A stretch of DNA of 62,800 nucleotides, filler included, from Stramenopiles sp. TOSAG23-2 (GCA_900128395.1; 10 parts of 10 records of this genome joined end to end with filler, not necessarily neighbours in it), one strand, 5' to 3'; positions 1-13,200 are shown, counted from the first letter of the whole stretch. Notes: a model not told the origin generated them from the letters alone. Program-made: numbers and translations.

Positions 1-217
1 TAAGAGCTATAATTTCTGAAATAGTATCTGGTTGACTTAACATATCCAAGCCAGAGCCTGCTGCATATATTTTTCTTGGTTGTGCAGGTATTGTTGAATT
101 AATTAATGAACAATTAATAATCATCTCCATACCATAGCAAAAATGAATAATAATATTAAACAATAGTGTTAATATTGTTGCTACTGATTGAATCGTTGTA
201 AATTTTTTGTATGTCAT
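1..217 (-). CDS. 5' part of a putative secreted protein, runs off the contig end
   Basis: ATG at 217 opens a frame with no stop to position 1: MTYKKFTTIQSVATILTLLFNIIIHFCYG-MEMIINCSLINSTIPAQPRKIYAAGSGLDML. The N-terminus looks like a signal peptide. Not in the supplied ORF track. Confidence 0.45.
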   Translation of the reverse strand, partial: MTYKKFTTIQSVATILTLLFNIIIHFCYGMEMIINCSLINSTIPAQPRKIYAAGSGLDMLSQPDTISEIIAL

Positions 218-816
218 TTTATGATGATATGACCTGGATAACGACAGTTTTCTAGATAGATAAATACTATACCACAACAAACGCCACCAACAGCTAGTGA
301 AACAATTCCCTTATATTGAACTTATTTCACTTTTAACTTCTTATTTCTTATAAAAATAAAAAATAAATAAAGAAAAAATAAAGGCACAAAAAGGCAACAA
401 CAACAAAAAGCAAAAAAAAAACAAGAAGATTAAGATTTAATTTGGTATTATATTTTCCTATCAAATGCCACTTAATGTATTACTTGAATGGTATGTTAGA
501 ATATCAGAAAATACTCATCATCACGATTTTTTACAAATCCTTAATTTGGGTATTTTCCTATCAAATGTCACATAATTTATACTTATCTGGTAAATTAGAA
601 TACGAATCAGACCTTAATTTGGATATTTTCCACACAAATAATATTTATTAATTTAATCACATGAGGACCAATAATTTATATAGAAATGATGAATAGATAC
701 TCTCCGCATATATAGTCTATGATGAAGCAGGAAAGAAAAGAAGGAACAATATTAAATATTGGTTGAAAATATAATAGATAACACAAAAGAAACGTATATA
801 TATATATATAAAAATT

Positions 817-1050
817 ATGTCGTATGGAAATAATGATGATCAAGCTGCGGAAAGAGCATTGCAACAAGCAAGAATGCAAATGGCACAACAACAAACACAA
901 ATGTTAGTTAATTCTATTACTGCAAAATGTTATGAAGGATGTGTAAAAAGTCCATCTAGTTCTTTAAGTAAACGGGAGGAAACATGTTTAGCAATGTGCT
1001 TTGATAAATACGTACAAACGCAACAGACAATTATTAAATCTATGAGTTAG
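817..1050 (+). CDS. TIM13: Small Tim chaperone of the mitochondrial intermembrane space (Tim13-like)
   Basis: 77 aa with a twin CX3C motif, KCYEGCVKSPSSSLSKREETCLAMCFDKY, matching the Tim13 pattern. Confidence 0.85.
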   Translation: MSYGNNDDQAAERALQQARMQMAQQQTQMLVNSITAKCYEGCVKSPSSSLSKREETCLAMCFDKYVQTQQTIIKSMS

Positions 1051-1382
1051 TAAAACATATATGTACATTGAAATCAAAAAATAGAAAGATTATAAAAAAA
1101 CATGTAAACTAATTTTTGTTTTGAGAGATGATTTATTAAAAAAGACGATATTGTTTTCTTCTTCTAAGAAGTTTTATGGGATTGATATAGATGTGTAAAA
1201 GTTACGGGGGAGAAAATGAAAGTACACTCAATATGTACACATTTTTGTTTAAAAATATAATAAAACTATACATACAATATATAATTTAAACATGTAACGC
1301 TTACATTTATATACAACATACATACACATGTACAAAAAGACTAAAGACTTTTTCCAGATCGCATCTCACATTCCAGTATTCT

Positions 1383-1751
1383 TCACATTGGTGGTCTTCT
1401 CGGTACAAATGGATGATGTTTTTGATGGAAAATATTTCTATGATGTTTTGGTGGTACTAAATGATGTACTTTCATAAATCTAACAATAGCATCAAAATCA
1501 TTCACAATTGAAAATACAAGGAAAATTAAAAAGCAAAATGCAAGACCTAATATGATAAAGACACCTCTAGTATGGTGTGGATTCATATCATTATAAAAGA
1601 ATGCTTGTTTTCCTGTATTCAATGAACTACCAGGTTCAGCTAAATAACCTCCACTAAAATGGTCAAATTCTTCTCCACCATCACTATAATAATCATTATC
1701 ATCTTCACCTATATTTTCCTCCACGTCGCGATACCGCTGTTTATATGGCAT
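1383..1751 (-). CDS. Small single-pass membrane protein, function unknown
   Basis: 122-aa ATG ORF with an acidic N-terminus, one hydrophobic helix (GVFIILGLAFCFLIFLVFSIV) and a His/Pro-rich tail. Confidence 0.65.
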   Translation of the reverse strand: MPYKQRYRDVEENIGEDDNDYYSDGGEEFDHFSGGYLAEPGSSLNTGKQAFFYNDMNPHHTRGVFIILGLAFCFLIFLVFSIVNDFDAIVRFMKVHHLVPPKHHRNIFHQKHHPFVPRRPPM

Positions 1752-2367
1752 GTTGTATCTTTCTATATAATATATATATATATACAGACACGTATTGTTC
1801 TATGTATCAATTTCGAATAATATGGATATGCATATATATACAGTATATATTCTGTAATACACATTATATCATTGGTACAATATTTACATGTTTATTTTTT
1901 AATTATGTTGTTTTTTTCCCCTCACAAATATTGGTTGAAATCTCTGGTCTAAGTACGGAGTAGTTGTATACTAGAAATATTTACCTATATAATATGTTTT
2001 TTATCCATTTATTAGGGCCAGAAAGCCTGATGATGGAAAGCCTGGAAAGCCAGAAAAGCTCAACTTCTTTGTTCCCTCTGTCGTTTCAATTTTTTATGTC
2101 TTACTGTACACCGCATCATATTGATAAAATTTGCTGCTATTAATATTATAACAGCATCACACCATTAATACTTCCTCTTGTTCGTACCATTATTATATTA
2201 TTAAAATATACATATTGTTATAAATATACACACATCACAAAAAGAATCATATTTTAATACATATTGCATCAACACGATCATTTATATACAATATATACAA
2301 TATATATATATATGTAAATCAAAATATATTGTTTTCAATTAAAAACATTCAGTTGTAATACATCATC

Positions 2368-3515
2368 ATGAAATCAATTGTATTTTATATTTATATCAAT
2401 TTGTTTATCATATTAAATCAACCATATTTATTATTAATATCATCTACAACAGTATTATTAAATGCAAATATATCGTTACAGGATTCAAATACATTAACAG
2501 TTGATGTACTCAAGCCTACAGTTAATACTAGCTTTTATAATATAACATGTTCTATATTTTCGCAATACTTTTCGTATGTATAAAACTAGTGCGATTACTA
2601 ATCCTAACACTATAATTACAATAGTTAGTTGCATACCAACATTAGACATAGTACAAGGTTCACAGGAACCAAATTGATACCCATAACCTTTAGAGCGGAT
2701 ATTTGCTTTCGGTAACATACATAGACGGGAAATCACCTGCAGCTTGAGATCCAATTTGGAACAGTTTAATCGTACCACTCGGCCAAGCTAAAAGTTTGAC
2801 ATATACACCAGTTACTAAGAAGGTTTTTTTATTTTTTAATTGCCATCCAATGTATGGGCGTTACTTTATGAGATCAGATTATAGCATTGAATGCCGCGTT
2901 GGAGAATGGGCCGCTTTTAGCTCTTTTGTTTTTGTTGTATTGTTTTCCTTTGTTTGTGGATTTCCGTTAGTGATGTTGCATTACATCCACAAAAATCGAA
3001 AAATTTTGCACTCTCCACATATTAAAGAGAAGATTGGATTTTTATATGATCGTTTTAATGGTGGTGCAGAGGCATGGGAAGTCCATGAAATTTGCCGCAA
3101 AGCGTTTTTAACAGGCGCTATAGTGTTTTTGCCTGAACCAATATTGCAAGCAGCATTTGCATGCCTTATGTCTGCAATTTCATGTTGTACCTTAAATTAT
3201 TTCAAACCACAAAAAAATAAGCTTGTTTTTTGGATTGCTGAAAGCAGTTTTTTAATAACATTGTTGGTTTTCATAGATTCAAATATGCCAATTGCAATTC
3301 AACACACTTTGCAATATATACGTGAAGCATTTGGCGCAGGTTCAACTGAATATGCAAGCAGTATGAAAGTTATGCATGACTTGCGATTTGATCGTATCAG
3401 TAATAAGCGGGATTTACAACAACGAATGCATTTAATTTTCAAAAATATTACGGACCAAGAAATTAAAAATACTATTGAAAAGAAGATAGAGGAATGTTGG
3501 TCAATGGCTGGTTAA
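2368..3515 (+). pseudogene. Fragmented relic of a large secreted/multi-pass membrane protein (TRP-like C-terminal transmembrane region)
   Basis: A signal-peptide-like ORF (2368-2583) continues in another frame to 2688. ORF 2796-3515 lacks an ATG start and carries motifs typical of expanded protist multi-TM families (DYSIEC, GFLYDRF, WEVHEICRKAFLTG, YFKP), then switches abruptly to a soluble tail. Confidence 0.5.
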
Positions 3516-3830
3516 AAAAAGTATTACAGAGGAACATTCTTCTTATTTTATTGTGTGTGAGCCTGAATTAGGAAGAATAGTATTTCGTACTTCGTATATT
3601 ATATATATAAATAGAGAGAGGGTGTGTGTGTTAATTTGTTTTGTTTCTACGGGCATAGTCTTTTTATATTACGAATTCGTATATACGCGTAATACACTAG
3701 TATATCATATTTAAACTTTATAATAAAATATAAAAAAAGATTTATTACGTATTCGTAATATACACACTGCTGTAGTAGTAGAATATTCTTTGTGTGGAGA
3801 CATAAATAATCACGCAGAATCTTCCATAAT

Positions 3831-4094
3831 ATAAAATATAATTAATATTTTTTAATTTAAAAAACAGATTTTTCCCCTTCGTTCTTTAATTTTTTTTTAA
3901 CATCCCTCGAACTTCACTGACAAATTTTCGTATATTTTTTCTAAATTTAATTCTATTTGGTCCAATAAAATATAATTAATATTTTTTAATTTAAAAAACA
4001 GATTTTTCCCCTTCGTTCTTTAATTTTTTTTTAACATCCCTCGAACTTCACTGACAAATTTTCGTATATTTTTTCTAAATTTAATTCTATTTGG
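3831..4094. repeat. Tandem duplication (period 134) of the exportin-4 3' end and stop codon
   Basis: 3831-3960 is identical to 3965-4094. Confidence 0.9.
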
Positions 4095-7000
4095 ACGATC
4101 CAGACGATTCATTTGTACATTATTGTCTTGTATTAATAATTGAAAAGCTGACATCAAGCGTTGCTTCTTTGCATCATTTGTTTCTTGTTGCAACACTTGA
4201 TTTGCTATGTTCATGTATACCTGCGATTCTGATACCAATAATGACAACACTGCACTTCCATAGGCATCTAATAATTCACTTGTAAAATTTTCAAAAATTA
4301 ATATTTCAAATAGAGTACGTAAGAAACTTTGCAACACTTCTGTACATAGCGCCAAATTATGTTGAGATTGAAATTGTTTAGCACGAGAGTTGATTACTAG
4401 ACCTTTTGATTTTGCAATAAATGTTGCAAATTGTTCAATCGCTGATAATGTATTACGAACAACAGTAGTGTCATAATGGCGTAGGCCGTGTGACATACTT
4501 TCCATAAACATTTTAAACAAATTACTTTCCAACAAAATAATTTTCTCCGGATAACTCTCGATGACATGGGACACTAAATCGAAATACGAATCACATAACT
4601 TTTTAAATTCTAATAAATCTGGTGTAATAAATGGTATAATCATTTGCATACCAAATAATACAGCATCGGCGACAGTATTTGTAGCTGCCTCTGCTTGTTG
4701 GTCATCATTTGCTCCACTATAATCAAAAAAATCCAATATACCTTTCGATGCTAAATTAGTCAATATATTTAAAAAAGCAATAATATGATTAGATCGTTCC
4801 TCAACTTCTTCTTCGGAAAGCTCATTCTTATTAGTATTTGTTAACTTCAACCACGATTGGACAATTTTATTTTTTGAATACATTTTAAACAATTCCGCAC
4901 ATGATGTACACATTTGTAAGGATTGTGTCGGATTCAACATTTGCATCTGCGCCTCTGTAATGATGGAAAAAAATTCCAAAATTTGCTTCACAATCAATGA
5001 ATTGTTTTTATAAAATTCAATTAACTGGATAAATATGTTGAAATAATTGGAAATGAAAACAAATATTTCATTGTGATTCTTCGTACTAGTCGCCCTGGCT
5101 ATACCACAAAACAAGCCTAATAATCGTAAAATTTCAAGCGAGATACTTTGATAATTTCCTTTAAAAAACTTGTTGAAATATCCATTCTCACCACCTTTAA
5201 CTGTTAATGTTTCAAAGCGCTGTAAAACTGGTTGAACCACTTGCTTCAAATTGTTACTTCGGGCATTTGAATCTTCGAAACCATCGCATGCTCTACAGAT
5301 TATAAAGACAAGCTCTTCTGCATATGAATCAGGTAATAAGTTTAATCCTTTACCAAATAAATATGATGTTTGCCCTGCATTACTATTCCCAGTTGATGCG
5401 GTAATAGACGCTATGATTGTTCCCGCATCTACTTGATAGGGTTTCCTTCCCATTTCAATTGCAATGGAATTTGCCATTACTAAAGAATTAAATGCGTCTT
5501 GTTGCAGCAAGGCTCCGCGAGTTTCTTTCCTAAATGTTAAATCTTTCAATAATTTACATGCTTCTTTACAAACACCATCTTCATATCCCCAAAATGCCAG
5601 AAACATACATGCTTTTTGTACTAAAAAATTAGATAAATTGTGTGCAGCAGCAGATGTCGCTCCATACTCTGCTAAAATGGTGGGACTAATTCCGCCAGTG
5701 CTGTCGTGACTCCGGCTATACATTGTAGGATCCGGCATTAAATAGGAACGTACCCATTTTCGAGCTGTCCATAACAATTTCTCTGCTAATAATGGGCTTA
5801 ATGTCGAGTTGTTTGATGTCGTATTATCATTACTATTAAACGTCGTGCTTATTCTTGAACATTCAAAGTCTATTACTGCAAATAAATCTTTCGTCAGCAA
5901 CATTAATGGGTCGACGCCGCTGCCACCACCATTACTAATATTACCAGCAGTTGCAGAATTATTAGATGCAGACGCAACAAAATATTTAAACGACATATTT
6001 AAAATTTCCTGTGGTATCATTGGCAGCTCAGAGCTAATACTGTAACTAGAAGCAGTGCCGGAAAAATCTTCCTCATCTTGGGTTAAAACGTAACTAATAA
6101 AATGACATGTCCACCATAATTCTTCCAATAATATCTCTGGCGAAGTTGCAACATTGATATTATTTCCACCAACTTTTTGTTGCAAACGTGTCGCAGTATT
6201 CAACAACGCATTCCGCAACATGTTTAAACTGTTTTCAACATCAACTCTAGCTAATACAGCTAAATCTTGCATTTGCGTGTCTAATATAGACTGATCTTCA
6301 AATTCATCATCATCATCAACGCCAGATTGTACAAGAAATAATGCCAGTTCTAACCTTCCTCTAAATGCATGTTGAAATATTGGTGCAACACACCCTTTCA
6401 GAAAATTATATATATCTGCCACATTTTTATTTTCACTGGGAGTTTGGAGTGAGCCAGTAGTTCCACCCTTATTTGCAACATGGGTAACAAAGGAATCATT
6501 GCTAATCAATGACACCCACATGCCTATTAAATAGTTAAATGCTACCATACAAGGCTCTTGGGGATCAGGCACATCTCCATGTTCGCCAACATCACGCATG
6601 GTAACTCTAATAGCTGTTCGTAAAACATACATCGTAAATTTTGAAAGATGATTTAAAACTTGTTGAACATTTGGTACGTGCATTAAGGTAGACATGTGAA
6701 AATTTGTCAATAAACGTGAAAAAATTCGACTTTTGAACAAAATACCTTCTGCTTCTGTTGAACTTGGCAATGCCGTGTTTTGTTGGTCTGGAAGTGTTAT
6801 GGAACCTAAAATTGGAATCAATAGATTTGATAAATATCCAACTTCTTCATTTTCATTTTGGAATATTTTTCCTTTCACTGATGACAATAATAATATAGCT
6901 TGGCATGAATATGTAGGGCTATATGCAGTTCCAGCTGATAATTTTAAATGTGTATTGACAATTAAAGACGCGAAATTGGGGGATAAAAATATATCGCGAA

Positions 7001-8221
7001 ATTGCATGGTTGGGTAGATCAATGGGGTATCTTCTTTTTCATAATAATTGGAACTCTCATCATTCCCTGCATTGTTTCTTTTTGTAAGATAATATTGATT
7101 TGCAGCATTACTGTTATTGCTTTGTTGTCCAAATTGCATGGTTGGGTAGATCAATGGGGTATCTTCTTTTTCATAATAATTGGAACTCTCATCATTCCCT
7201 GCATTGTTTCTTTTTGTAAGATAATATTGATTTGCAGCATTACTGTTATTGCTTTGTTGTCCATCATCCGTATCTATATATTCCCATGATAACATTTCAA
7301 CTAATGTCATCAATATTTTCCCATACCCATTGATAACGAAATTATGTGATGGTTGCAAGTCATAAAATTTAGATCCATATTCTTGTAATAGGTTTGATTT
7401 GCAGCATTACTGTTATTGCTTTGTTGTCCATCATCCGTATCTATATATTCCCATGATAACATTTCAACTAATGTCATCAATATTTTCCCATACCCATTGA
7501 TAACGAAATTATGTGATGGTTGCAAGTCATAAAATTTAGATCCATATTCTTGTAATAATTTACATCCGAACATTAAAGCATGTTTCAATCCATGTCCTTG
7601 AAAAGATTCCTTCGCTTTACGATGCCATTCTAGTGTCAAACCAACTGATGAACTTTTTTTCGAGTGAAATTCTTCCACAATAACTCGAACACATTCTGCT
7701 AAAATGAAAATTGCTTTAATAGCTTGATTCGATGTTGCTTGTACGAATATGTTTTCCAATTTCTTAAAGATTGCTAATTTTTCATTTGCATCCGTTTCCT
7801 CTAACCAACCACGCTTTACCAATATAGCATGTGCTTGTAACAATTTATTTGTTACAGCTGTCCCATAATTATTATTGTTTGAATTTTTATCTGCTATTCC
7901 AATCTTCAATGCGACATCAAATAAAAAGTCTCGTAACTGTTTTCTAACACTTTTATCCATTCTATCCCAATGGTCCAAACAAGCAGTGCATAAAATACGA
8001 GCTGCTGTAAATTGTACAGAGGCTTGTTGCTCTGCAGTAGCTTGTGGCATTGGGTTTTCCAACATTACACGACAAATATTTAAACAATTATCTGAGTACC
8101 TAACTGATTTCAAAAATTCTTCTGCTTGTTTACGTGCATTTACATCCGCATTATAAGTACCCATACTTGCAGATATGAACATATTAACAGTATTTGCGTC
8201 GACATTATTATTACCAGCCAT
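4020..8221 (-). CDS. XPO4: Exportin-4 (importin-beta family), split into two ORFs by a duplication
   Basis: The N-terminus has an importin-beta N domain (ARKQAEEFL, QFTAARIL, AILVKRGWLE). The C-terminus LLEFKKLCDSYFDLVSHVIESYPEK is XPO4-like. Removing one 167-bp period joins ORFs 7310-8221 and 4020-7358 in frame (1344 aa; 1300 aa if the 132-bp duplicate is also removed). Confidence 0.8.
6999..7262. repeat. Exact 132-bp in-frame tandem duplication (44 aa) inside XPO4
   Basis: 6999-7130 equals 7131-7262; QQSNNSNAANQYYLTKRNNAGNDESSNYYEKEDTPLIYPTMQF appears twice in the protein. Confidence 0.9.
7227..7557. repeat. 164-bp tandem duplication (period 167) that frameshifts XPO4
   Basis: 7227-7390 equals 7394-7557, separated by GGT. 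Confidence 0.9.
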
Positions 8222-8241
8222 GGTCGTGATGTATGGTATAT

Positions 8242-8341
8242 NNNNNNNNNNNNNNNNNNNNNNNNNNNNNNNNNNNNNNNNNNNNTTAATTAATTAANNN
8301 NNNNNNNNNNNNNNNNNNNNNNNNNNNNNNNNNNNNNNNNN
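8242..8341. other. Artificial 100-nt contig spacer; also at 16581-16680, 24893-24992, 33202-33301, 41511-41610, 49819-49918, 58123-58222, 59683-59782 and 61242-61341
   Basis: Identical N-run + TTAATTAATTAA (stops in all six frames) + N-run structure at nine places. Confidence 0.98.
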
Positions 8342-8574
8342 TGGACGCCGGGCTCATTCGACAACGGTGAGGCTGTCAAAGTGAAAGATCCTGTTGTGAA
8401 CAACAAGCGGTAACTAGCCGGATAAAGATCTTGAAGTGCACGATTGTGGCAAAAAGCCGCGGTTTTGATCACTTTAGCTTGTAGATTTCTACAAGTTTCA
8501 TTGACCCATTGTGCTTTAAGCCAATTTAATTTTTGTTTCGTGGCAGAAGAAAGTGTAAACTTTCTGTTGGCCAT
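8342..8574 (-). CDS. 5' part of a hypothetical protein, truncated by the contig end
   Basis: ATG at 8574, open to the contig edge, with higher GC than the AT-rich upstream flank. Confidence 0.45.
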
Positions 8575-8684
8575 TTATAATAATTTTATATATAAAAATG
8601 TGTAATGTGTGTATACCCAATTATATATTTAGTAAATGTACGCGTATACCCAATTATATATATAATATATACTTTGTACGTATA

Positions 8685-9114
8685 AGAGATTGAGTATTGA
8701 GCATATTACTTAGCACGGGAAGTTAAATTATTATAACTTTAGTATGCATAAATGAAATATTAATATTTATTTATGCATATGATATGATATGATAATAAAA
8801 AATATATAATGATATGATATGATATTTAAATAAATATATTTATATTATACATGATTATATGAAAAACACATATATCAATAAAAACAGAGATTGAGTATTG
8901 AGCATATTACTTAGCACGGGAAGTTAAATTATTATAACACTTTAGAGTATGCATATAAATGAAATATGATCATCATATGTATTATGATAATATTTATTTA
9001 AAATATATATGATATGATATGATAATAAAAAATATATAATGATATGATATGATATTTAAAATAAATATATTTATATTATACATGATTATATGAAAAACAC
9101 ATATATCAATAAAA
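8685..9114. repeat. Imperfect intergenic tandem duplication (~200-230 bp units)
   Basis: AGAGATTGAGTATTGAGCATATTACTTAGCACGGGAAG starts at both 8685 and 8886; the copies differ by several indels. Confidence 0.85.
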
Positions 9115-9120
9115 TAAAAA

Positions 9121-9567
9121 TTAATTTTTCGGATGCCATCCAACTCTATTTAAATGTATCCCAGTATGTAATTCAAATTGCGTCCCATATTTCATAAATA
9201 TGCTAGCACTACTTTGATTTGCCCGTATACCATAGAAATCTTCTGTCATAAACACAGATGTGGAAGCATCAGCATTCACATGTGGTACAACTGTTTCTAA
9301 AACGTCGTTAAACACAACTTTGTCTTTACAGCTGATGAAAAAAATTGGTTTCGTTGTTTTATTTTTAGCTTTGTGATGTTTCAGTGCCACTTTGAAGCAT
9401 AAATAACCTTCACTGTCATCAATATTACTCTCATCATTATTACCAATAAATACACCTTGCGACGATCTACGTCTAAAACTTTCCATAATTTCGTCATCCT
9501 CTTCTCCATTTTTTACAAAATACAATTGTACATTCCCATCACCTATCCATGCACTATCTTTCGCCAT
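9121..9567 (-). CDS. Divergent UFM1-like ubiquitin-fold protein with an N-terminal extension
   Basis: Likely ATG at 9567 (ACCATGG). The C-terminal ~90 aa (LCFKVAL...PIFFISCKDKVVFNDVL...ASTSVFMTEDFYGIRANQSSASIFMKYG...NRVG-WHPKN) align with UFM1 (VSFKITL...PYKVLSVPESTPFTAVL...[28 protein letters not shown]...DRVG-SC). Confidence 0.75.
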   Translation of the reverse strand: MAKDSAWIGDGNVQLYFVKNGEEDDEIMESFRRRSSQGVFIGNNDESNIDDSEGYLCFKVALKHHKAKNKTTKPIFFISCKDKVVFNDVLETVVPHVNADASTSVFMTEDFYGIRANQSSASIFMKYGTQFELHTGIHLNRVGWHPKN

Positions 9568-10281
9568 GGTGTTTATATACAGAATCGAGTGCCGGTGTTC
9601 TTTCAAGAAAGAAAAAGAAGGAAGGGATCTGTAAAATTAATGAAACTGAACTTTGTTTTCTACATGTATTTACTTTCTATATGTGTTTGTAGATTCTTTT
9701 TTTTGTTGGTTTTATTGTTATTCTTACTTGATATATACCTTTTTAATTAGTGGTGGTGGTTGGTGGTGTAATATAATTATTTTTTTATTATTGTATAGTG
9801 CTATATATATAGTAGTTATTATAGTAGTAGTAATGTAGTAATAATAATGGTCATTTACCTGTACTTGATAGTAGTGTTATAATGATCACACTACTGGTGC
9901 TAAAGCGTATCTTAATCTATCCCCCTAGATGATTAGATTTAAGGGAAATAGTGAAATTGCCACTTATTATACATACACTATATTCGAGAGTACTGTACAT
10001 TAATATGTCAATAGTATTGACTGATGCGGGAGCTTTGATTAAGGAGTAGAGCTAGACCTAGTAGCTCCACTATTCTAGCCTGGCTAGAGTACATAAATAC
10101 TATATTTGTATATTTATATATATTTTACATTTTTTAAACAATTTATATACCTGCTGCCAGGGTGCCCAGCCGGTAAAATTAATAAAATTCAAAAGAGCAT
10201 ATTCTAAACGGAAAATTAGTATAGAGATTTTCTCTCACAAGTAATACTAATATCTTTTTTAAAACCATGTGTATATGAACT

Positions 10282-13200
10282 TTACCATTGTCCTCTGTAA
10301 TAATCAATTCCCTTTGCAGTACCTTGTCCACCACTAAACACTACTTTTTTAATTTTTCTACCACTTTGTTTAACCCGTTTCTTTTTACCAGCATTGACTG
10401 TAAATTTCTCGTCTTTTTTTTGTAATACCTTTAAGACAACTGCTTTCGCTTCCGTTTTAACAGTATGTCTTCCACTTTTATTTTTAGCTGTTTTATTTGT
10501 GATTTTTTGAAATAATTTTTCTTCCTCACTTGAAGTGTTTCTTAAAGTTTCTTTACCATGGCAACCACATTTTTTTAAATGTTCCTCTGCCTTTTTTAAT
10601 TCATTTTGTAAATATTCGATGAGTTTTTGCTGTGCAACTTCCATTTGATGTGCTTCCGTTTTAAATTTCAGAGCTTCACTTTCAACTTTTTCAATATATT
10701 CTTCTTTTTCATGCAATTTATTCGATAAATCGCGACGTATACTTTCGCTACTTTCTAGGGATTGTTTCAAGGCTGCTTTTCGTTTTCGATCTTCCTCTAG
10801 ATCATCTTTATGTGCTTGCTTCTCGGCTTCTAATTGCTCTCTTAGATTGTTTTGCATCAATTCAACTTTAATATTTGAAGATTTTAATTTTTGTTCCAAT
10901 TCATCTTTTTCTTCAATTAATTTTGCAACTTCCTCCGTTGTCCTATTCTCTTTCGTTATCGATTTCTCTGTCAATTCATTTAAACGTTCTCGAATTTTAG
11001 TATTTATGTCGACTTCTTTTTGCAACTTTTCTTCAATTTCATCTCGTTTCACTTGTAATAAATTTGCTGACAATTTTTGATTTCGAACCTCCTCTTCCAA
11101 TATTTCAATTCGACGATTTAGCATATCTTGGATGCCTTTCCCTTCTTCTAATTGCTTCTGTAACTCAACTTTTTTTGTTTCTATTTTTTCAACATCGATT
11201 ACATGTGATTCTTGTTCTTCCCTTAGTTTCCTTTCATATGTTTCCCTTTCATTGTTTAACTGTCTACCTAAAGTAATTTTGACTTGTTTTGCAGAATTTC
11301 GCGCCTCTTCTAAATCCTTTTGCAAATTCCTTAGCTTGTTGTTTTTATCATTAACTTGATTTATGAACTCTTTTTCGCTACCTCTAAGCTCACTTATAAC
11401 ATTCTTTGAAATTACTAACTTGCGCTGCAATGATTGTAACTCTTGATTTGATTTCTCTCCATTTTCATTGTGATTCTTAATTAAAATCTCTAATTTTTGT
11501 CTTAAATGGTTGTTTTCTTTGCTTTCTTGCTGGTATAATGCAATTTTATTATTACATGTATCAATATTTTGCTTTGCTACTTTCAATTGTTCGCGTAAAT
11601 TTAATATCTCTGTATGAAGTTTTTGATTATCTGCCTTACTTTTTGCCTCCAGTAATTTCAAACGTCGCTCCAGATCGAACGATAAAGCCCTTTCCTGTTC
11701 CAATTCATTTCGTAATTGATCGTTTGAATAACGCAATTCTTCTATTAAATTAATTGACATTTCGAGCTTTGTTCTGACAAGGGAGATTTCATAGTCAGAT
11801 TTATTAAAAGATTCTTCTAATTCCTTCCGAATTGCTTTATTCTTTTGATTTTCCACATTTAATTCTTTATTTCTTGCTCTGAACTGCTCAAGTTTTTTTT
11901 CACACTTTTGTAGTTGGTATCTCACATCGTCTAATTCTTGGTGGTAATTTCTTTTATTCATCTCTAACATATGTATTAACTTTGCATTGCTTTTTTCCGA
12001 TTTATCCAACATAATATTTTGTCGTTCGATCTCCTCGCTACCTAATTTCTCTGAATTTTCTAATTCAATAATACGGTTTTGTAAAAGTTCTTTTTGTAGG
12101 AGTTCTTCTTTGATTTTTTGCTCTAAGCTATTTAAATCATATTTAAAAGATTGAATAACGTTGTTACTTATTGTAATTTTTGCTTTTAAAATTTCTATTT
12201 CCTTCTTCTTTTCAAGATTTGCTTGGTTAATCTCATTTTCTTGATGCTTTACTAAAATTTCTAATTCATTTTTTAATTTGTTTACATATGCAATTTCAAG
12301 ACTCATTCTTTTACGTATTTCTAAATCGTTTTTTTGCTGTGTTTTCAATTCTCGTATTGTTGTTAATAACTTTTCCACTGCAGCCGTTTCTCGCTTTAAT
12401 TGATTTTTTGTTAAATGGTGATCAAATTTAATAGCTTTTTCAACACTTTTTTCATGCTCTAATTGGTTTTTTAATTGTTCTAAATGTTTTGCTAAATTCT
12501 GTTGTTGTTCTTTTTCACGTTTTACTTCAAGTAATAATTCTTCTTTCTTTACCTGTGCAAGTTTCTTTTCTTCTTCTCTTTTCACGCGGACTTCATGTAG
12601 TTGGGTTTCTAACTCTTTGCGTATATTTTTCAAAAGATCAGTACTTTCTTCTAAGTCAGACTTCAATTCCTTCTCACGTTTTTTTGCTAATTCTATTTCC
12701 TCCTCTGTAAGTTTTTTGTTTTTTGCGTATATTTTTCAAAAGATCAGTACTTTCTTCTAAGTCAGACTTCAATTCCTTCTCACGTTTTTTTGCTAATTCT
12801 ATTTCCTCCTCTGTAAGTTTTTTGTTTGTCTCTTTATCATGTAAAGCTGTCCATAGTTCAGCACGAAGTTTATCGTTTAAAACCATTTCGTTTGCAAGAT
12901 TTGATTCCAATTGATCCCGAACTTTTTTACTTTCTTCTTCTGCATCACTCTTTTCCTTCAATTCTTTTTCCAGCTTATGAGTTCGTGCCAATAAACTCGC
13001 ATCCCTTTCTTTTATTGCAACTAATTTATTTTGCTCCAGTACTAATTGATTGCTTAAATGAGCATGTTGATCGTGTAATGTTGCAAATTCTTGTAACAAT
13101 TTAATACGTTCCTCCTCAACTTGAGCATGTGAGGATATTGCTACAGATTTCGTTTTGGCGTGTTGATCATTTGCATCTGCTAATTTTTTCGAAATTTCAG

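Noticed and set aside
442-651. Many short ORFs in the track, including those antisense to long genes
   Set aside because: They have non-ATG starts, low-complexity I/Y/F-rich translations typical of AT-rich non-coding DNA, or are shadows of real genes.
7310-7400. Programmed frameshifting in XPO4 or the PH coiled-coil gene
   Set aside because: Both frame breaks are fully explained by exact tandem duplications.
8242-8341. Regularly recurring TTAATTAATTAA within N-runs
   Set aside because: Artificial contig linker. Genes on either side are not neighbours, so no synteny or operon-like inference was drawn across linkers.
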